From assembly GCA_029210745.1 (NCBI GenBank), contig JARGFI010000007.1, positions 1,623-65,622 on the forward strand: 64,000 nt of DNA. Reading direction: 5' to 3'. Under the pieces are notes generated by a model that did no database searches, was not told where the DNA came from, and saw only the letters and a program-made list of their open reading frames with translations. Below, piece after piece: positions 10,203-20,139 of this stretch (the stretch's first letter is position 1; each line of letters starts with the position of its first letter). This DNA comes from Desulfuromonadales bacterium (GTDB lineage Bacteria > Desulfobacterota > Desulfuromonadia > Desulfuromonadales > JAHYIW01). Made by a program: the position numbers and the translations under genes.

Positions 10203-10949
10203 TCAGTTCGCCGGGCGAAAAAAGATGATATCGTGGTTGCCTTGTAACAGGATGGGCTCTTGATTAAGTTGCAGCTTAACCTGCGCAGGATCAGTAATGT
10301 GGACCGTGGCCTGAGTGTTGATTTTCCAGCGCAAACGTGAACCCTGACTCAGATTATAGCGTTGCTGAGGGCGATTGTCGATGGTCAGAACGATTTGTGT
10401 CGCCCCCGTTGCGCTCAATTGCAACACCCCCCGGCGAGCCAGCGATATTTTTATGGGGAGCGCTTGCTCCGGCTTTGCAACTTTCATCGGTAGTGCAGCG
10501 GGAGCTACAGGTGGGGACAATTCCGGCGCCGGTAAAGTGTCTGCTGGCGGTGGTGCCGTCGGTATCTGCAAAGAAGAGATTTGCTCTGATAAAAAAAACC
10601 AGTAGCCGACCAACAGCAGCGCTGATAATACGACAACGACAAAATGGATTCTCCATCGCGGCAGAACTTCTTGCCGTGGCGGGGGCACGCTGTCGGTTGC
10701 TGAGGCGTCGCGTTGGGAAATATATGCAGCCACCATCCGGTCGGCGTCAAGCCCGAGGAAATCAGCGTAATTGCGCAGAAAACCGGTGACAAATGTTGTG
10801 CCTGGAAGTTTGGTGTAGTCCTCAGCTTCAAGGGCGGCGAGATATTCCCGGCGGATGCGTGTTTTGGCAGCAATCTCGTCAAGAGACAAGCCAAGCGTTG
10901 TGCGCCGCTCTTCCAGCGTGGTTCCGATAGCGAGGTCTGTTGTCATCAT
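10203..10949 (-). CDS. rodZ: RodZ-like HTH membrane protein
   Basis: HTH (LSLDEIAAKTRIR..LE..GFLRNYA..LGLD), one TM, C-terminal beta domain; follows the TPR gene as in pilF-rodZ. Confidence 0.75.
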   Translation of the reverse strand: MMTTDLAIGTTLEERRTTLGLSLDEIAAKTRIRREYLAALEAEDYTKLPGTTFVTGFLRNYADFLGLDADRMVAAYISQRDASATDSVPPPRQEVLPRWRIHFVVVVLSALLLVGYWFFLSEQISSLQIPTAPPPADTLPAPELSPPVAPAALPMKVAKPEQALPIKISLARRGVLQLSATGATQIVLTIDNRPQQRYNLSQGSRLRWKINTQATVHITDPAQVKLQLNQEPILLQGNHDIIFFRPAN

Positions 10950-10950
10950 G

Positions 10951-11697
10951 TTACTTCAGCAGCCGCAGATAATCTTTGCTCAGACGCCCGATTTCATTGT
11001 CAGGCACAAGCGCCAGAACACGCATGAAATCAGCTCTGGCCGCTACGTTGTTTTTCAGCTTCAGATAGGTCAGTGCCCGTTTGTAATATGCTCCCGCATA
11101 AGCGGGAGAAAGATCGATGGCGTGATTTAACTGGAACAAGGCAAGATCAGGTTTGTCGAGCGCAAAATAAGTTTCACCGAGATGGTAGTAAGTTTGCGCA
11201 AAGCGCGGTGCCAGATTGATCGATTTTTCAAATTGTATAATCGCTTGAAGATATTCGCCTTTTTGGTAATAGGCGACGCCCAGCCCGGTCAGGGCTATTT
11301 CCGGGGTAGTAAAAAGCAGATTGTCAGCAGCCTGATTGAAATATTTGATCGCGGCATCCCAACGGCCCATATCGAGATAAAGTGCGGCCAGGTTGTTGGC
11401 AAATTGCGGGTTATCTTCATCCCTTCGCAAAGCAGCTTTGTAATGCTCTTCAGCTTCCTTGAACGCGCGCTTCAGCTGGTATGCCTGGCCGAGTCCGGAA
11501 TGAACTCGACCACTGTCTTCTGAATTGTACGCGATCAGAAATTCCTTCAGGGCTAACGTCGGATTGTTCTCGCGCAAGTACGATACGCCGAGAATATAGT
11601 GGACTTCCCCTGCGTCAACTTTTTCCTTTGTGGCGCTGCAGGAAATCAGCAGCAGAGTGCAAAGAACGATAGTCAATATACCTTTGACACGGGTCAC
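10951..11697 (-). CDS. TPR lipoprotein, PilF/PilW/Tgl-like pilotin
   Basis: Lipobox LISC, multiple TPR repeats, position between rlmN region and rodZ. Confidence 0.8.
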   Translation of the reverse strand: MTRVKGILTIVLCTLLLISCSATKEKVDAGEVHYILGVSYLRENNPTLALKEFLIAYNSEDSGRVHSGLGQAYQLKRAFKEAEEHYKAALRRDEDNPQFANNLAALYLDMGRWDAAIKYFNQAADNLLFTTPEIALTGLGVAYYQKGEYLQAIIQFEKSINLAPRFAQTYYHLGETYFALDKPDLALFQLNHAIDLSPAYAGAYYKRALTYLKLKNNVAARADFMRVLALVPDNEIGRLSKDYLRLLK

Positions 11698-11705
11698 ATG
11701 GGCTC

Positions 11706-12386
11706 CTAAAACGAGGCGAGTAAACGCCCGAGGTTTTCTTTCAGCGTGTTATCCGGGGAACGAGGTGTTTCTGCAGAGAGTTCATTTGCGGTCGATTCCG
11801 ATGCTGCGGGTTCCATTCTTTCCGGCGCAGATTCTGGCTCATCGTTGAGGTTGCTCTCAATGTCTTCAACCTCAACAACCTCTTCAACTTCCTCCGTTAA
11901 AGTTTCAAGCGGGAGCTCAATGACTTCAGCAGGCGGTTCATCAGGGGGTTCATTCGCCACGTCCTGAATGTCATCAATTTCTTCAGGGGTTTCGATCGCC
12001 CCCTCCGGGGGGAAGCCTTTACTGAGCGGGGACTCGGCCCATAATTTTTCCTGCAGTGATGCCGATGCGAGATGATAATCGGTGTCGGATAGCGAGAAGC
12101 CCATCGATTCTGCGTAGTCAAGGGCGTCCTGCACGAGTTCTTTGGCCGAGCGCCCGGCGATGTCATGGCGATGGAAAAAAAAAGCAATTTTATTGCTGCT
12201 CTTCAGGTGCAGGGCGACGGTTACCTTGAGGCCTGACTTGGCACTGAAAGCGCAGACGTAAGCTTTTGCTTCCTGCGAAGGAACGCCGGGGAGTGCGACC
12301 TGAACCTGGTTTTGTGATTGATGCAGTCGCAAGACCCGGTGTGCCGGAAGATCAAGATGATCGATAGCCTCTTGCCATTTGAACAC
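11706..12386 (-). CDS. Hypothetical protein with acidic low-complexity C-terminal half
   Basis: 226-aa ORF filling the operon gap; E/D/P-rich tail ending LGRLLASF. Confidence 0.7.
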   Translation of the reverse strand: MFKWQEAIDHLDLPAHRVLRLHQSQNQVQVALPGVPSQEAKAYVCAFSAKSGLKVTVALHLKSSNKIAFFFHRHDIAGRSAKELVQDALDYAESMGFSLSDTDYHLASASLQEKLWAESPLSKGFPPEGAIETPEEIDDIQDVANEPPDEPPAEVIELPLETLTEEVEEVVEVEDIESNLNDEPESAPERMEPAASESTANELSAETPRSPDNTLKENLGRLLASF

Positions 12387-12398
12387 GAAGCGATTCCT

Positions 12399-13307
12399 TT
12401 ACAGGTCGTCGAAGTGGGTCAGGAGTTTAAAGGTACGAAAGCGTTCTTCAATTTCCGACGAATTGAGAAGCCGGAGGCGGTTAAGGCTGAAGTCTTCGAC
12501 GGTGAATGAGGCCATCACACTGCCGAATACGATTGCCTGGCGCAGACAGGCTTCTGACTGATTGCGGGTTGATGCCAGGTAGCCGATGAACCCGCCAGCA
12601 AATGTGTCACCGGCTCCGGTCGGGTCAAAAACTGATTCGAGAGGGTAGGCCGGCGCGGAAAATACAGCATGCTCCGACACCATCAGTGCACCGTATTCCC
12701 CTCGCTTGACGACCAGTGTTTTCGGCCCGAAGGTGAGGATTTTACGTGCCGCCTTGATCACATTCGGTTCGTCTGCGAGCTGACGGGCTTCAGCATCATT
12801 GATGATCAGAATGTCAACATGAGGCAACGTTTTCAGCAGGGCATCGCGCTTTCCTTCAATCCAGAAGTTCATTGTATCGCAGGCGACCAGTTGCGGGTTT
12901 TTGACCTGCTTCAGGACTTCGAGCTGCAACTCCGGATCGATGTTGGCCAGAAAAACGTATTCCGCGTCCCGATAGTTTTCCGGCAGTTCAGGACGAAATG
13001 ACTCGAAGACATTGAGATGCGTTTCCAGCGTCTGCGCCTCGTTCAAATCGTACCCGTAACGACCCTTCCAACGAAATGTTTCCCCTGGCATCGTTTGCAG
13101 ACCGGAAAGATCGATATTGCGTGAACGAAGAAAATCCAGATGATCGTCCGGAAAATCTTCACCGACAACCGCCACCAGATTGACATCGGTGAAAAAGCTG
13201 GCGGAGGTGGAAAAATAGGTGGCAGAACCACCAAGAATATCTTCGACTTTTCCAAAAGGTGTTTCGACCGAATCGAAAGCAACCGACCCAATAACCAGAA
13301 TACTCAT
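12399..13307 (-). CDS. PfkB family carbohydrate/nucleoside kinase
   Basis: GSVAFD, LGGSA, DPTGAGDTFAGG. Confidence 0.93.
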   Translation of the reverse strand: MSILVIGSVAFDSVETPFGKVEDILGGSATYFSTSASFFTDVNLVAVVGEDFPDDHLDFLRSRNIDLSGLQTMPGETFRWKGRYGYDLNEAQTLETHLNVFESFRPELPENYRDAEYVFLANIDPELQLEVLKQVKNPQLVACDTMNFWIEGKRDALLKTLPHVDILIINDAEARQLADEPNVIKAARKILTFGPKTLVVKRGEYGALMVSEHAVFSAPAYPLESVFDPTGAGDTFAGGFIGYLASTRNQSEACLRQAIVFGSVMASFTVEDFSLNRLRLLNSSEIEERFRTFKLLTHFDDL

Positions 13308-13401
13308 TCAATTCTCCAGACTGTTGCAAATATTTTATGCAGCGCTTTGAATTTAACCAAATAGATCCGAAAAACGCAATAACTAAACCAGAATTACACG
13401 G

Positions 13402-14268
13402 TTATTTCAAGTATTTGCCGATGATTGGTTGCAGGTTTTTCCGGGTTGATTCTGGGATCAGATCTTTTTGGGTCATAATCGCATATTCGAGCGCTCCGCC
13501 GCAGGGACAGCCGGGTTGCTTGTCAAGGCGCCGCGCGGCGGTCTTGATTATGGTGCGGGCCGTGGCGACATTCTGCTCGATAATTGCAATCACCGCTTCA
13601 ACGGAAACATCATCGTGCGTCTCGTGCCAGCAGTCATAATCGGTCGCCAGGGCGATCGTTCCGTAACAGATTTCAGCTTCCCTTGCCAGTCGGGCTTCCG
13701 GGATATTGGTCATGCCGATGATATCAACCCCCCAGCTGCGGTAGATGTTGGATTCGGCACGGGTTGAAAAATTTGGGCCTTCAATACAGATGTAGGTTCC
13801 CCCCCGGTGCGTTATCGCGCCGCTTGCAACCGAAGAGGCATAGAGAACCTCGGCCAGATCGCTGCAAACCGGATCGGCAAACTGGACATGACCGACGATC
13901 CCGTCGCCAAAGAAGGTTGCCGCGCGTTTTCCCTGGGTCCGGTCAAAAAACTGGTCTGGAATAACGATATGTCCCGGCATGATCTCTTCCCGCATGCTGC
14001 CAACGGCAGAAACCGAAATGATTCGCTGCACGCCGAGCTTTTTCATGCCGAAAATGTTTGCGCGGTAGTTGACTTCCGAGGGGAGCAAGTGGTGCCCGCG
14101 ACCGTGGCGCGGCAAAAAAACCAGCTTGATGTTGTCCAGGGTGCCGGTCATATAGCGATCGGAAGGATCTCCGAACGGAGTTTCAACCCGGATGTCCTGT
14201 ACGTTCGTCAGTTCGTCCATCGCGTAAAGTCCGCTGCCGCCAATAACTCCAATAACTGTTTCTTCCAT
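13402..14268 (-). CDS. mtnP: S-methyl-5'-thioadenosine phosphorylase
   Basis: GVIGGSG, PRHGRGH, EGPNFSTRAES, GMT, ATDYDCW. Confidence 0.93.
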   Translation of the reverse strand: MEETVIGVIGGSGLYAMDELTNVQDIRVETPFGDPSDRYMTGTLDNIKLVFLPRHGRGHHLLPSEVNYRANIFGMKKLGVQRIISVSAVGSMREEIMPGHIVIPDQFFDRTQGKRAATFFGDGIVGHVQFADPVCSDLAEVLYASSVASGAITHRGGTYICIEGPNFSTRAESNIYRSWGVDIIGMTNIPEARLAREAEICYGTIALATDYDCWHETHDDVSVEAVIAIIEQNVATARTIIKTAARRLDKQPGCPCGGALEYAIMTQKDLIPESTRKNLQPIIGKYLK

Positions 14269-14289
14269 GGCAAATCTCCTTATTATTGA

Positions 14290-15360
14290 TCAATCCAGTT
14301 GATTCAAAGGTTTTGCTGCCAGCGGCTGGCGAAGTTCCAGGCGCCCCTTCAGTTGACCACAGGCGGCGGAAATATCCAGCCCCTTGCCAGCGCGCCGAAT
14401 AGCGACAATATCCCGGTCGAGTAAATAGCTTTGAAACGTACGGATGGTGCTTTCATCGGGGGTTCGATAGGGCGATTCCGGATGTTCGTTAAAAGGGATC
14501 AGATTGACCTTGGCACGAATGCCGTGCAGCAACTTGACCAGTCGTTTGGCATCGGCAGGGGTGTCGTTGAGGTCCCTGATTAAAATGTACTCGAAGGTAA
14601 TCCGGCGACTTGGTTTCAATGGAAAATCACGACACGCTCTCATCAACTGATCCAGTGGATAACGCCGGTTGATCGGCATGAGGCGGTTGCGGAGTTCGTC
14701 GGTGGTGGCGTTGAGAGAGATCGCCAGATTTACTTCGATGCGGCGTCCCAGTTCAGCCATTTCCGGGACAAGCCCGGAGGTTGAAAGTGTTACCCGGCGC
14801 GGGCCGTAATCAAGCCCGATCGGGAGATAGATGATATTCAATGCCTTAATGACATTGTCGAGGTTATGCAGGGGCTCGCCCATCCCCATCAGGACAATGT
14901 TATTGATCGGGCCGTCCTTGCGGGCAGCGCAAACCTGATTGACAATCTCTGCCGGAAGCAGATTGCGGGTCAGACCAAATGTGCCGGTGAGACAAAAATC
15001 ACACTGCATGGCGCAACCGACCTGGGTTGAGATGCAGAGTGTTGCGCGGCCCTCATCCATCGGGATACGAACCGTTTCGATCGATTCACCGTCCGCCAGT
15101 CTGAAAAGATATTTGCGTGTGCCGTCGATCGAGGTCTCAACCGCCTCCGGATTCCAGTCGGAAATGACGAAGCGGCGCTGTAATTCGGTGCGAAATGCTT
15201 TCGACAGGTCGGTCATGGCCGTAAAGTCCGTAACCGCGCGCGCATAAATCCACTGCATGATCTGACGGGCACGAAATTTTTCCTTGCCGAGTCCGGTGAG
15301 TAATTGCGCCAACTCGGGCAATGAAAGGTTCTTGATATCGATAAGAGGCGTTTCAGTCAT
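14290..15360 (-). CDS. rlmN: 23S rRNA m2A2503 methyltransferase (radical SAM)
   Basis: [27 protein letters not shown]. Confidence 0.96.
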   Translation of the reverse strand: MTETPLIDIKNLSLPELAQLLTGLGKEKFRARQIMQWIYARAVTDFTAMTDLSKAFRTELQRRFVISDWNPEAVETSIDGTRKYLFRLADGESIETVRIPMDEGRATLCISTQVGCAMQCDFCLTGTFGLTRNLLPAEIVNQVCAARKDGPINNIVLMGMGEPLHNLDNVIKALNIIYLPIGLDYGPRRVTLSTSGLVPEMAELGRRIEVNLAISLNATTDELRNRLMPINRRYPLDQLMRACRDFPLKPSRRITFEYILIRDLNDTPADAKRLVKLLHGIRAKVNLIPFNEHPESPYRTPDESTIRTFQSYLLDRDIVAIRRAGKGLDISAACGQLKGRLELRQPLAAKPLNQLD

Positions 15361-15422
15361 GTTGTCTTTGTGGTCCGTAGCAGGCAGCAGTTAACCGCTC
15401 GCGGTAAAGAAAAGAAGGTTAT

Positions 15423-16535
15423 TCATTCAAAGCGAAACTGTTCAAAGATTGCCCTGGAGGCCTTCCAGCTCCAGTGGGTATCGTCGATCCAGTAGAGGTC
15501 TTTGACGCCGGTTTTCAGTTCCTGCGCCAGAATCGCATCGGTGTCGATGAGTTGATACACTTTCGGCTGCCAACGCAGGTGTTCAAAAAAAGCACTGCGG
15601 GAATAATTCTTTTCGCGTAAATAGGGGCGATAGAGCGAGTATTTGTCCGGCACCGGCATAAATACCAGGCGGATGTTTGTCTCCGCGAGGAGCGAAGCCA
15701 GACGGTTCAGATTTTCATTGATCCGGCGCACTGAGCGTTCGTCCAACGCTTTTTGTTTGTCACGATGTTTGTCCAGATCCTGATCCGAGAACAGAAGAGA
15801 ATCTCCATGTTCACCGCTGAAAAGAGGACGATCAAGCTCCTCCCGGTAAACCCTTGAGTTAAAGGCGTTGCGAGAAAAGAAATAACCGATTTTATACCAG
15901 AGCCATTTAAGGTTGGCCGGGTCCAAAAAGCGGTTACACGAAAGGTTTTCGGCACCGAGGTCGGTATCGCTGTCAAGGGGGGAGCGTGGATTGATGAGCG
16001 CATTTGTTAATTGCTCAGGAGTCAAGCTTTTCCCTAAATCGGTGGTTTCGGCGAATTTATAAATACTTTTTTCGCTGCGTTGCAGGAGGATGAAACGGGG
16101 GTTGATGCGTTCGATAAAGCCGCTGTTGACAAGGATTGCGACGCTTTCAAGTAAATTATTGGCGCAATTAATTTTTACCGGGAGGTTCAGCACGGTCAGG
16201 TTTTGCACAGATGCGATGTAGTCCTGGTAAAATCGGTTGGGGCCGTTACCGCTTCCCTGGGAGAACGAATCACCGATCGTCAGCACGTCAATTTTCTGTC
16301 CTGTGTATTGGGCATAACTTAGATGCCTGTGCGGCAGGTCGATGGTGTTGCGACGTGGTGCCGTGTGCTCATACAGATAGCCTGCTTGCGCCAGTTCTCC
16401 GATATAAACCCCCTTTTCAGGGGTCAGTAACTGACAGTTAAACAGCCGCCACGCAAGCAGATTGAATAGCAGCACCCCGGCAATAATCAGGACGGTAATC
16501 AGGCAAAAACGCTGGTAAGTGAAATTACGCTTCAT
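15423..16535 (-). CDS. SGNH-like O-acyltransferase (AlgJ/AlgX/PatB-like)
   Basis: N-terminal TM, GDSFS block I, DDTHWS (D-x-H); directly downstream of an MBOAT gene. Confidence 0.7.
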   Translation of the reverse strand: MKRNFTYQRFCLITVLIIAGVLLFNLLAWRLFNCQLLTPEKGVYIGELAQAGYLYEHTAPRRNTIDLPHRHLSYAQYTGQKIDVLTIGDSFSQGSGNGPNRFYQDYIASVQNLTVLNLPVKINCANNLLESVAILVNSGFIERINPRFILLQRSEKSIYKFAETTDLGKSLTPEQLTNALINPRSPLDSDTDLGAENLSCNRFLDPANLKWLWYKIGYFFSRNAFNSRVYREELDRPLFSGEHGDSLLFSDQDLDKHRDKQKALDERSVRRINENLNRLASLLAETNIRLVFMPVPDKYSLYRPYLREKNYSRSAFFEHLRWQPKVYQLIDTDAILAQELKTGVKDLYWIDDTHWSWKASRAIFEQFRFE

Positions 16536-16540
16536 AATCG

Positions 16541-17971
16541 TTAAAACCGCAGATAGAGGAATTCAGTCACCCGATTCAAATTGGCCAGACTTACAGCAAT
16601 GACTGTCGCAATAAATAAAGTCCAAACTAAATTCGGTCGAAAGCGTTCTTTGAGCTCCATGGAATTCGGGGCAAACACCACAACAAGAAGGACGGTAAAG
16701 ACAAGCGTCAAGGATATTGCCGGGAAGGCATCCGGCATCCCGAAGCCACTGGCCCCGATCATTCCGCGATACACCTTTAACGCATCATCCAGCGATAATG
16801 CCCGGAAAAAGACCCAGGAGGCGTTTACAAAACCGAACGTCAGCAGCCATGCCGACCAACGAGGCAGGGGCGTTTTACGCTTTTGCCAGAATCTGTGGAC
16901 AATTGAGGCTGCCCCGTGGAGCAGTCCCCAAATAAAAAAAGTCCAGCTCGCGCCGTGCCACACCCCGTACAGCACGAACACAATAAAGACCGCCTGCACC
17001 GCGCGGCAACTTGTCCGTTGGTTATGGTGGGGGATGTTTTCACGCAGCTTTGCGGATTCAGACTGACAACTGAGCGGGACGTACAGATAGTCATACAACC
17101 AGCGTGACAGGGTTATGTGCCAGCGTCTCCAGAACTCCTGGATATTGAACGCTTTGTACGGCGAATTGAAGTTTGGTGGCAAGTTGATATTGAGCATACA
17201 GGCTGAACCGATGGCCATATCCGTGTAGCCGCTGAAATCAAAGTAGAGCTGAATCGAATAACTGAGCGATGTTACCCAGGCGTTGCCAAAATTGAGGACC
17301 GTCATCTGGTCAAAACCCTGAGTTGCCCAAACCGCAAAAGTATCGGCAATAACAACTTTTTTGAACAGTCCGATGAAAAAGATCAGCAGCCCGAGAGCAA
17401 GGTTGCGATAGTTGGGCAATACGGTTCGCAAGCGCGCAAACTGCGGCATCATCTCGCCATGACGGACAATCGGTCCGGCAATCAACTGCGGAAAAAACGT
17501 AACAAACAGGCTGTAGTTGAGGAAGTTGCCTTCGCGAGTTCGTTGATAATAGCTGTCAACCAGATAGGCAACCTGCTGCAACGTAAAAAAACTGATCGCC
17601 AACGGCAGCGCCAAATGCAGCAGATCATAGGACCTGACTGGATGGGCAGTGACAGTCGTGAGAAAAAAATCTGCGTACTTGAAGTAGCCGAGGAGCAGAA
17701 TATTTAACATTATCCCGACACACAACAGTATGCGCCGGATTCTGCCCCGCTGTGCAGGACGGCCTAACAGGAGACCGAAAGTGAAATTGACGCCGATTGA
17801 CCCGGCCAGTAAGGGGATGTAAAACGGGTTCCAGAAACCGTAAAAAAAGAGCGATGCCGTCAGCAGCCAATATTTTCCCAGTTTAACCAGGTGTCTTTGG
17901 TTAAAGAAGAAATAAACCAGAAGCACAACGGGTAAAAAGAAAAATATGTAAACCGGCGAATTGAAAAGCAT
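16541..17971 (-). CDS. MBOAT family O-acyltransferase (AlgI/PatA/DltB-like)
   Basis: MLFNS, PLAISFFT, FPQLIAGPI, YFDFSGYTDMAIG, FWRRWHITLS, WHGA. Confidence 0.93.
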   Translation of the reverse strand: MLFNSPVYIFFFLPVVLLVYFFFNQRHLVKLGKYWLLTASLFFYGFWNPFYIPLLAGSIGVNFTFGLLLGRPAQRGRIRRILLCVGIMLNILLLGYFKYADFFLTTVTAHPVRSYDLLHLALPLAISFFTLQQVAYLVDSYYQRTREGNFLNYSLFVTFFPQLIAGPIVRHGEMMPQFARLRTVLPNYRNLALGLLIFFIGLFKKVVIADTFAVWATQGFDQMTVLNFGNAWVTSLSYSIQLYFDFSGYTDMAIGSACMLNINLPPNFNSPYKAFNIQEFWRRWHITLSRWLYDYLYVPLSCQSESAKLRENIPHHNQRTSCRAVQAVFIVFVLYGVWHGASWTFFIWGLLHGAASIVHRFWQKRKTPLPRWSAWLLTFGFVNASWVFFRALSLDDALKVYRGMIGASGFGMPDAFPAISLTLVFTVLLVVVFAPNSMELKERFRPNLVWTLFIATVIAVSLANLNRVTEFLYLRF

Positions 17972-18049
17972 AAGGTCTCGTTTGAAAAAGAAAAATCCCA
18001 TCGATAGTAACCGATGGGACTTGTTCCGGCAACAGTTATTCGCGTCAGA

Positions 18050-18463
18050 TCAGAGCAGTTCAAGTCCGTTGAAAAAATATCCCAATTCAAACGCGGCGGT
18101 TTCCGGTGCATCGGAACCGTGGGTCGCATTTTCACCGATCGATGTGCCGAATTCTTTACGCAACGTTCCTGTTGCTGCTTCAGCCGGGTTGGTGGCACCC
18201 ATCAAGTCGCGCCACTTGCGGATAGCATCCTTGGCTTCAAGCGCCATGACGACGCAGGGGGCACTGCTCATGAACTCGGTCAACTCGCCAAAGAACGGAC
18301 GCTCTTTATGGACATAGTAGAATCCTTCGGCTTCCACCTTGCTCATGTAGAGTTTTTTGAGTCCGACGACCGTGAATCCTTCGGCGTAGATGCGTGCGAG
18401 AATTTTCCCGGCATTACCCGCGGCGAACGCGTCAGGTTTGATAATTGCGAATGTTCTTTCCAT
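18050..18463 (-). CDS. ndk: Nucleoside diphosphate kinase
   Basis: [23 protein letters not shown]. Confidence 0.97.
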   Translation of the reverse strand: MERTFAIIKPDAFAAGNAGKILARIYAEGFTVVGLKKLYMSKVEAEGFYYVHKERPFFGELTEFMSSAPCVVMALEAKDAIRKWRDLMGATNPAEAATGTLRKEFGTSIGENATHGSDAPETAAFELGYFFNGLELL

Positions 18464-18506
18464 TGATTATACCTCCAGTTAATAGTGTCGGTCTGCATGC
18501 CGCGTT

Positions 18507-18535
18507 CTTGTAGCACCGGGATCGATAAAAGTCAA
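18507..18535 (-). promoter_or_regulatory. Putative sigma70 promoter of the ndk operon
   Basis: Minus strand TTGACT-17nt-TACAAG. Confidence 0.5.
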
Positions 18536-18613
18536 GCTGTTGGCGCCGCGTTTATCTCTGTGCCGGGCACGAAAAAATATCCACAATTTAAACAAATTTG
18601 TTATGCTACGCGC

Positions 18614-19576
18614 ATGATAACACGACATAAACTTTTTGTATTAATTACCCTCATCTTTAGTCTGTCGACCCCCAGCTTTGCTGCCGACCCACGAACCCCG
18701 GAGAATGGATATCTGGTGAACGCTGCTCGCCTGCCGGAAATGATCGCGATTCACCGGGAACATCGGGTAATGAAGGATGAAACACTGATTGAGGTTGCAC
18801 GGGTGGCGCGGATCGGTTTTGAGGCGATAAAGAACGCCAATCCCGAACTTGATGTCTGGCTTCCACCACCCGATAGCCCGGTCTTGCTGCCGTACGCGAC
18901 CCTTTTGCCAGGAGCTCCAAAAGCGGGGATTGTGGTGAATCTGGCGGAGTTCAAACTTTATTATTTGTGGACTGAAAACGGACGTTTGCGCGTCAAGTAT
19001 TATCCTGTCGGTATCGGCATTGACGGTGCCGACAGCCCGGAGGGCCGTTATCAGGTCGATAAAAAAATACGTGATCCGCGCTGGGCGGTACCGCCATCGA
19101 TTCGTAAGGAACGCCCTGAGCTGGGGCGTGTTGTTAACCCCGGGCCGGATAACCCTTTGGGAAACTATTGGCTCGGTTTGACCAAAAAAGGATACGGCAT
19201 TCATGGGACCAACGAGCCGTACGGGGTAGGTCGTCGGGTCAGCCATGGTTGTTTGCGTATGTACCCCGAGGATATTGAAGATTTATTCGGTCGGGTTGCG
19301 CTCGGCACACCGGTGCGAATAATCTACCAGCCCATCAAGGTTGGTGTTCGCAAAAGCGCTCTGTTTGTCGAAGCTCACCCGGATTTTCTCCAGCGGTTTG
19401 ACGATCCCGCAGCTGAAGCACGACGGTTGATTGGCGACCTTGGCTGGCAAGAACCATTAAATGAAACAGCGTTGATCGAAACGATCTCCGCGGCGCGTGG
19501 GTTGCCCTATATGGTCGGACGACCATCCGACAATAGCCGGTGGACATTTCGATCGGCGTCCACCGCCAAACAATAG
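18614..19576 (+). CDS. L,D-transpeptidase (ErfK/YcfS/YbiS type)
   Basis: Signal peptide from ATG 18614, LysM-like segment, catalytic GIHGT...SHGCLRM, C-terminal Ldt_C-like region. Confidence 0.92.
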   Translation: MITRHKLFVLITLIFSLSTPSFAADPRTPENGYLVNAARLPEMIAIHREHRVMKDETLIEVARVARIGFEAIKNANPELDVWLPPPDSPVLLPYATLLPGAPKAGIVVNLAEFKLYYLWTENGRLRVKYYPVGIGIDGADSPEGRYQVDKKIRDPRWAVPPSIRKERPELGRVVNPGPDNPLGNYWLGLTKKGYGIHGTNEPYGVGRRVSHGCLRMYPEDIEDLFGRVALGTPVRIIYQPIKVGVRKSALFVEAHPDFLQRFDDPAAEARRLIGDLGWQEPLNETALIETISAARGLPYMVGRPSDNSRWTFRSASTAKQ

Positions 19577-19592
19577 CAAAAAGGTTGACGAT

Positions 19593-19630
19593 GCAATAAA
19601 AAACCCGGCGATCGCCGGGTTTTTTATTGC
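19593..19630. terminator. Bidirectional intrinsic terminator
   Basis: Perfect 38-bp palindrome GCAATAAAAAACCCGGCGATCGCCGGGTTTTTTATTGC between convergent genes. Confidence 0.9.
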
Positions 19631-19659
19631 GTGATAAAGCGGAAGATTGTGGTAACCGG

Positions 19660-20004
19660 CTATTTGCGCAGCCCCATTTCAAAGACTTTTTCTGCCTTGA
19701 CCGCGCTTTCCTGAGCCATTGTCGCGGTTGATGATGCCTGCATGGCGGCCTCTTCGGCGCGTTGCGCGGCACTTGTGGCGCGGTCGGCAGCGGCTTGAGC
19801 GCGTGATGCCGCAACGTTGGTGCGGTTTGAGGTCGCTTGCGCCTCAGCAACGGCAGCTTGCGCCTGTGCGGACGCTGCTTGCGCCTGCTGCGCTGCTTCA
19901 ATGGCCTGATTCATCAGTTCTCGATCAGTTGATTGAAGTTGCCCCGCACAACCGGCCATCAACAGTCCGGTTGCAAGCAGAAGCAGAAAACTACGTAGTT
20001 TCAT
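19660..20004 (-). CDS. Lpp/OprI-like alanine-zipper lipoprotein
   Basis: Lipobox MAGC, Ala-rich coiled coil, C-terminal LRK. Confidence 0.8.
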   Translation of the reverse strand: MKLRSFLLLLATGLLMAGCAGQLQSTDRELMNQAIEAAQQAQAASAQAQAAVAEAQATSNRTNVAASRAQAAADRATSAAQRAEEAAMQASSTATMAQESAVKAEKVFEMGLRK

Positions 20005-20139
20005 GTATCGTCCTCCTGAAAAAAGTTAGCGCCGCAAGGCGACAGACAACGTGCCTATTCTATACCTGACTGCCCGTTCGGACCAAGAAAAAAAGAAAAA
20101 ACAAGATGGAACACCACCGAAGACCTTGATGCGAGTGCA

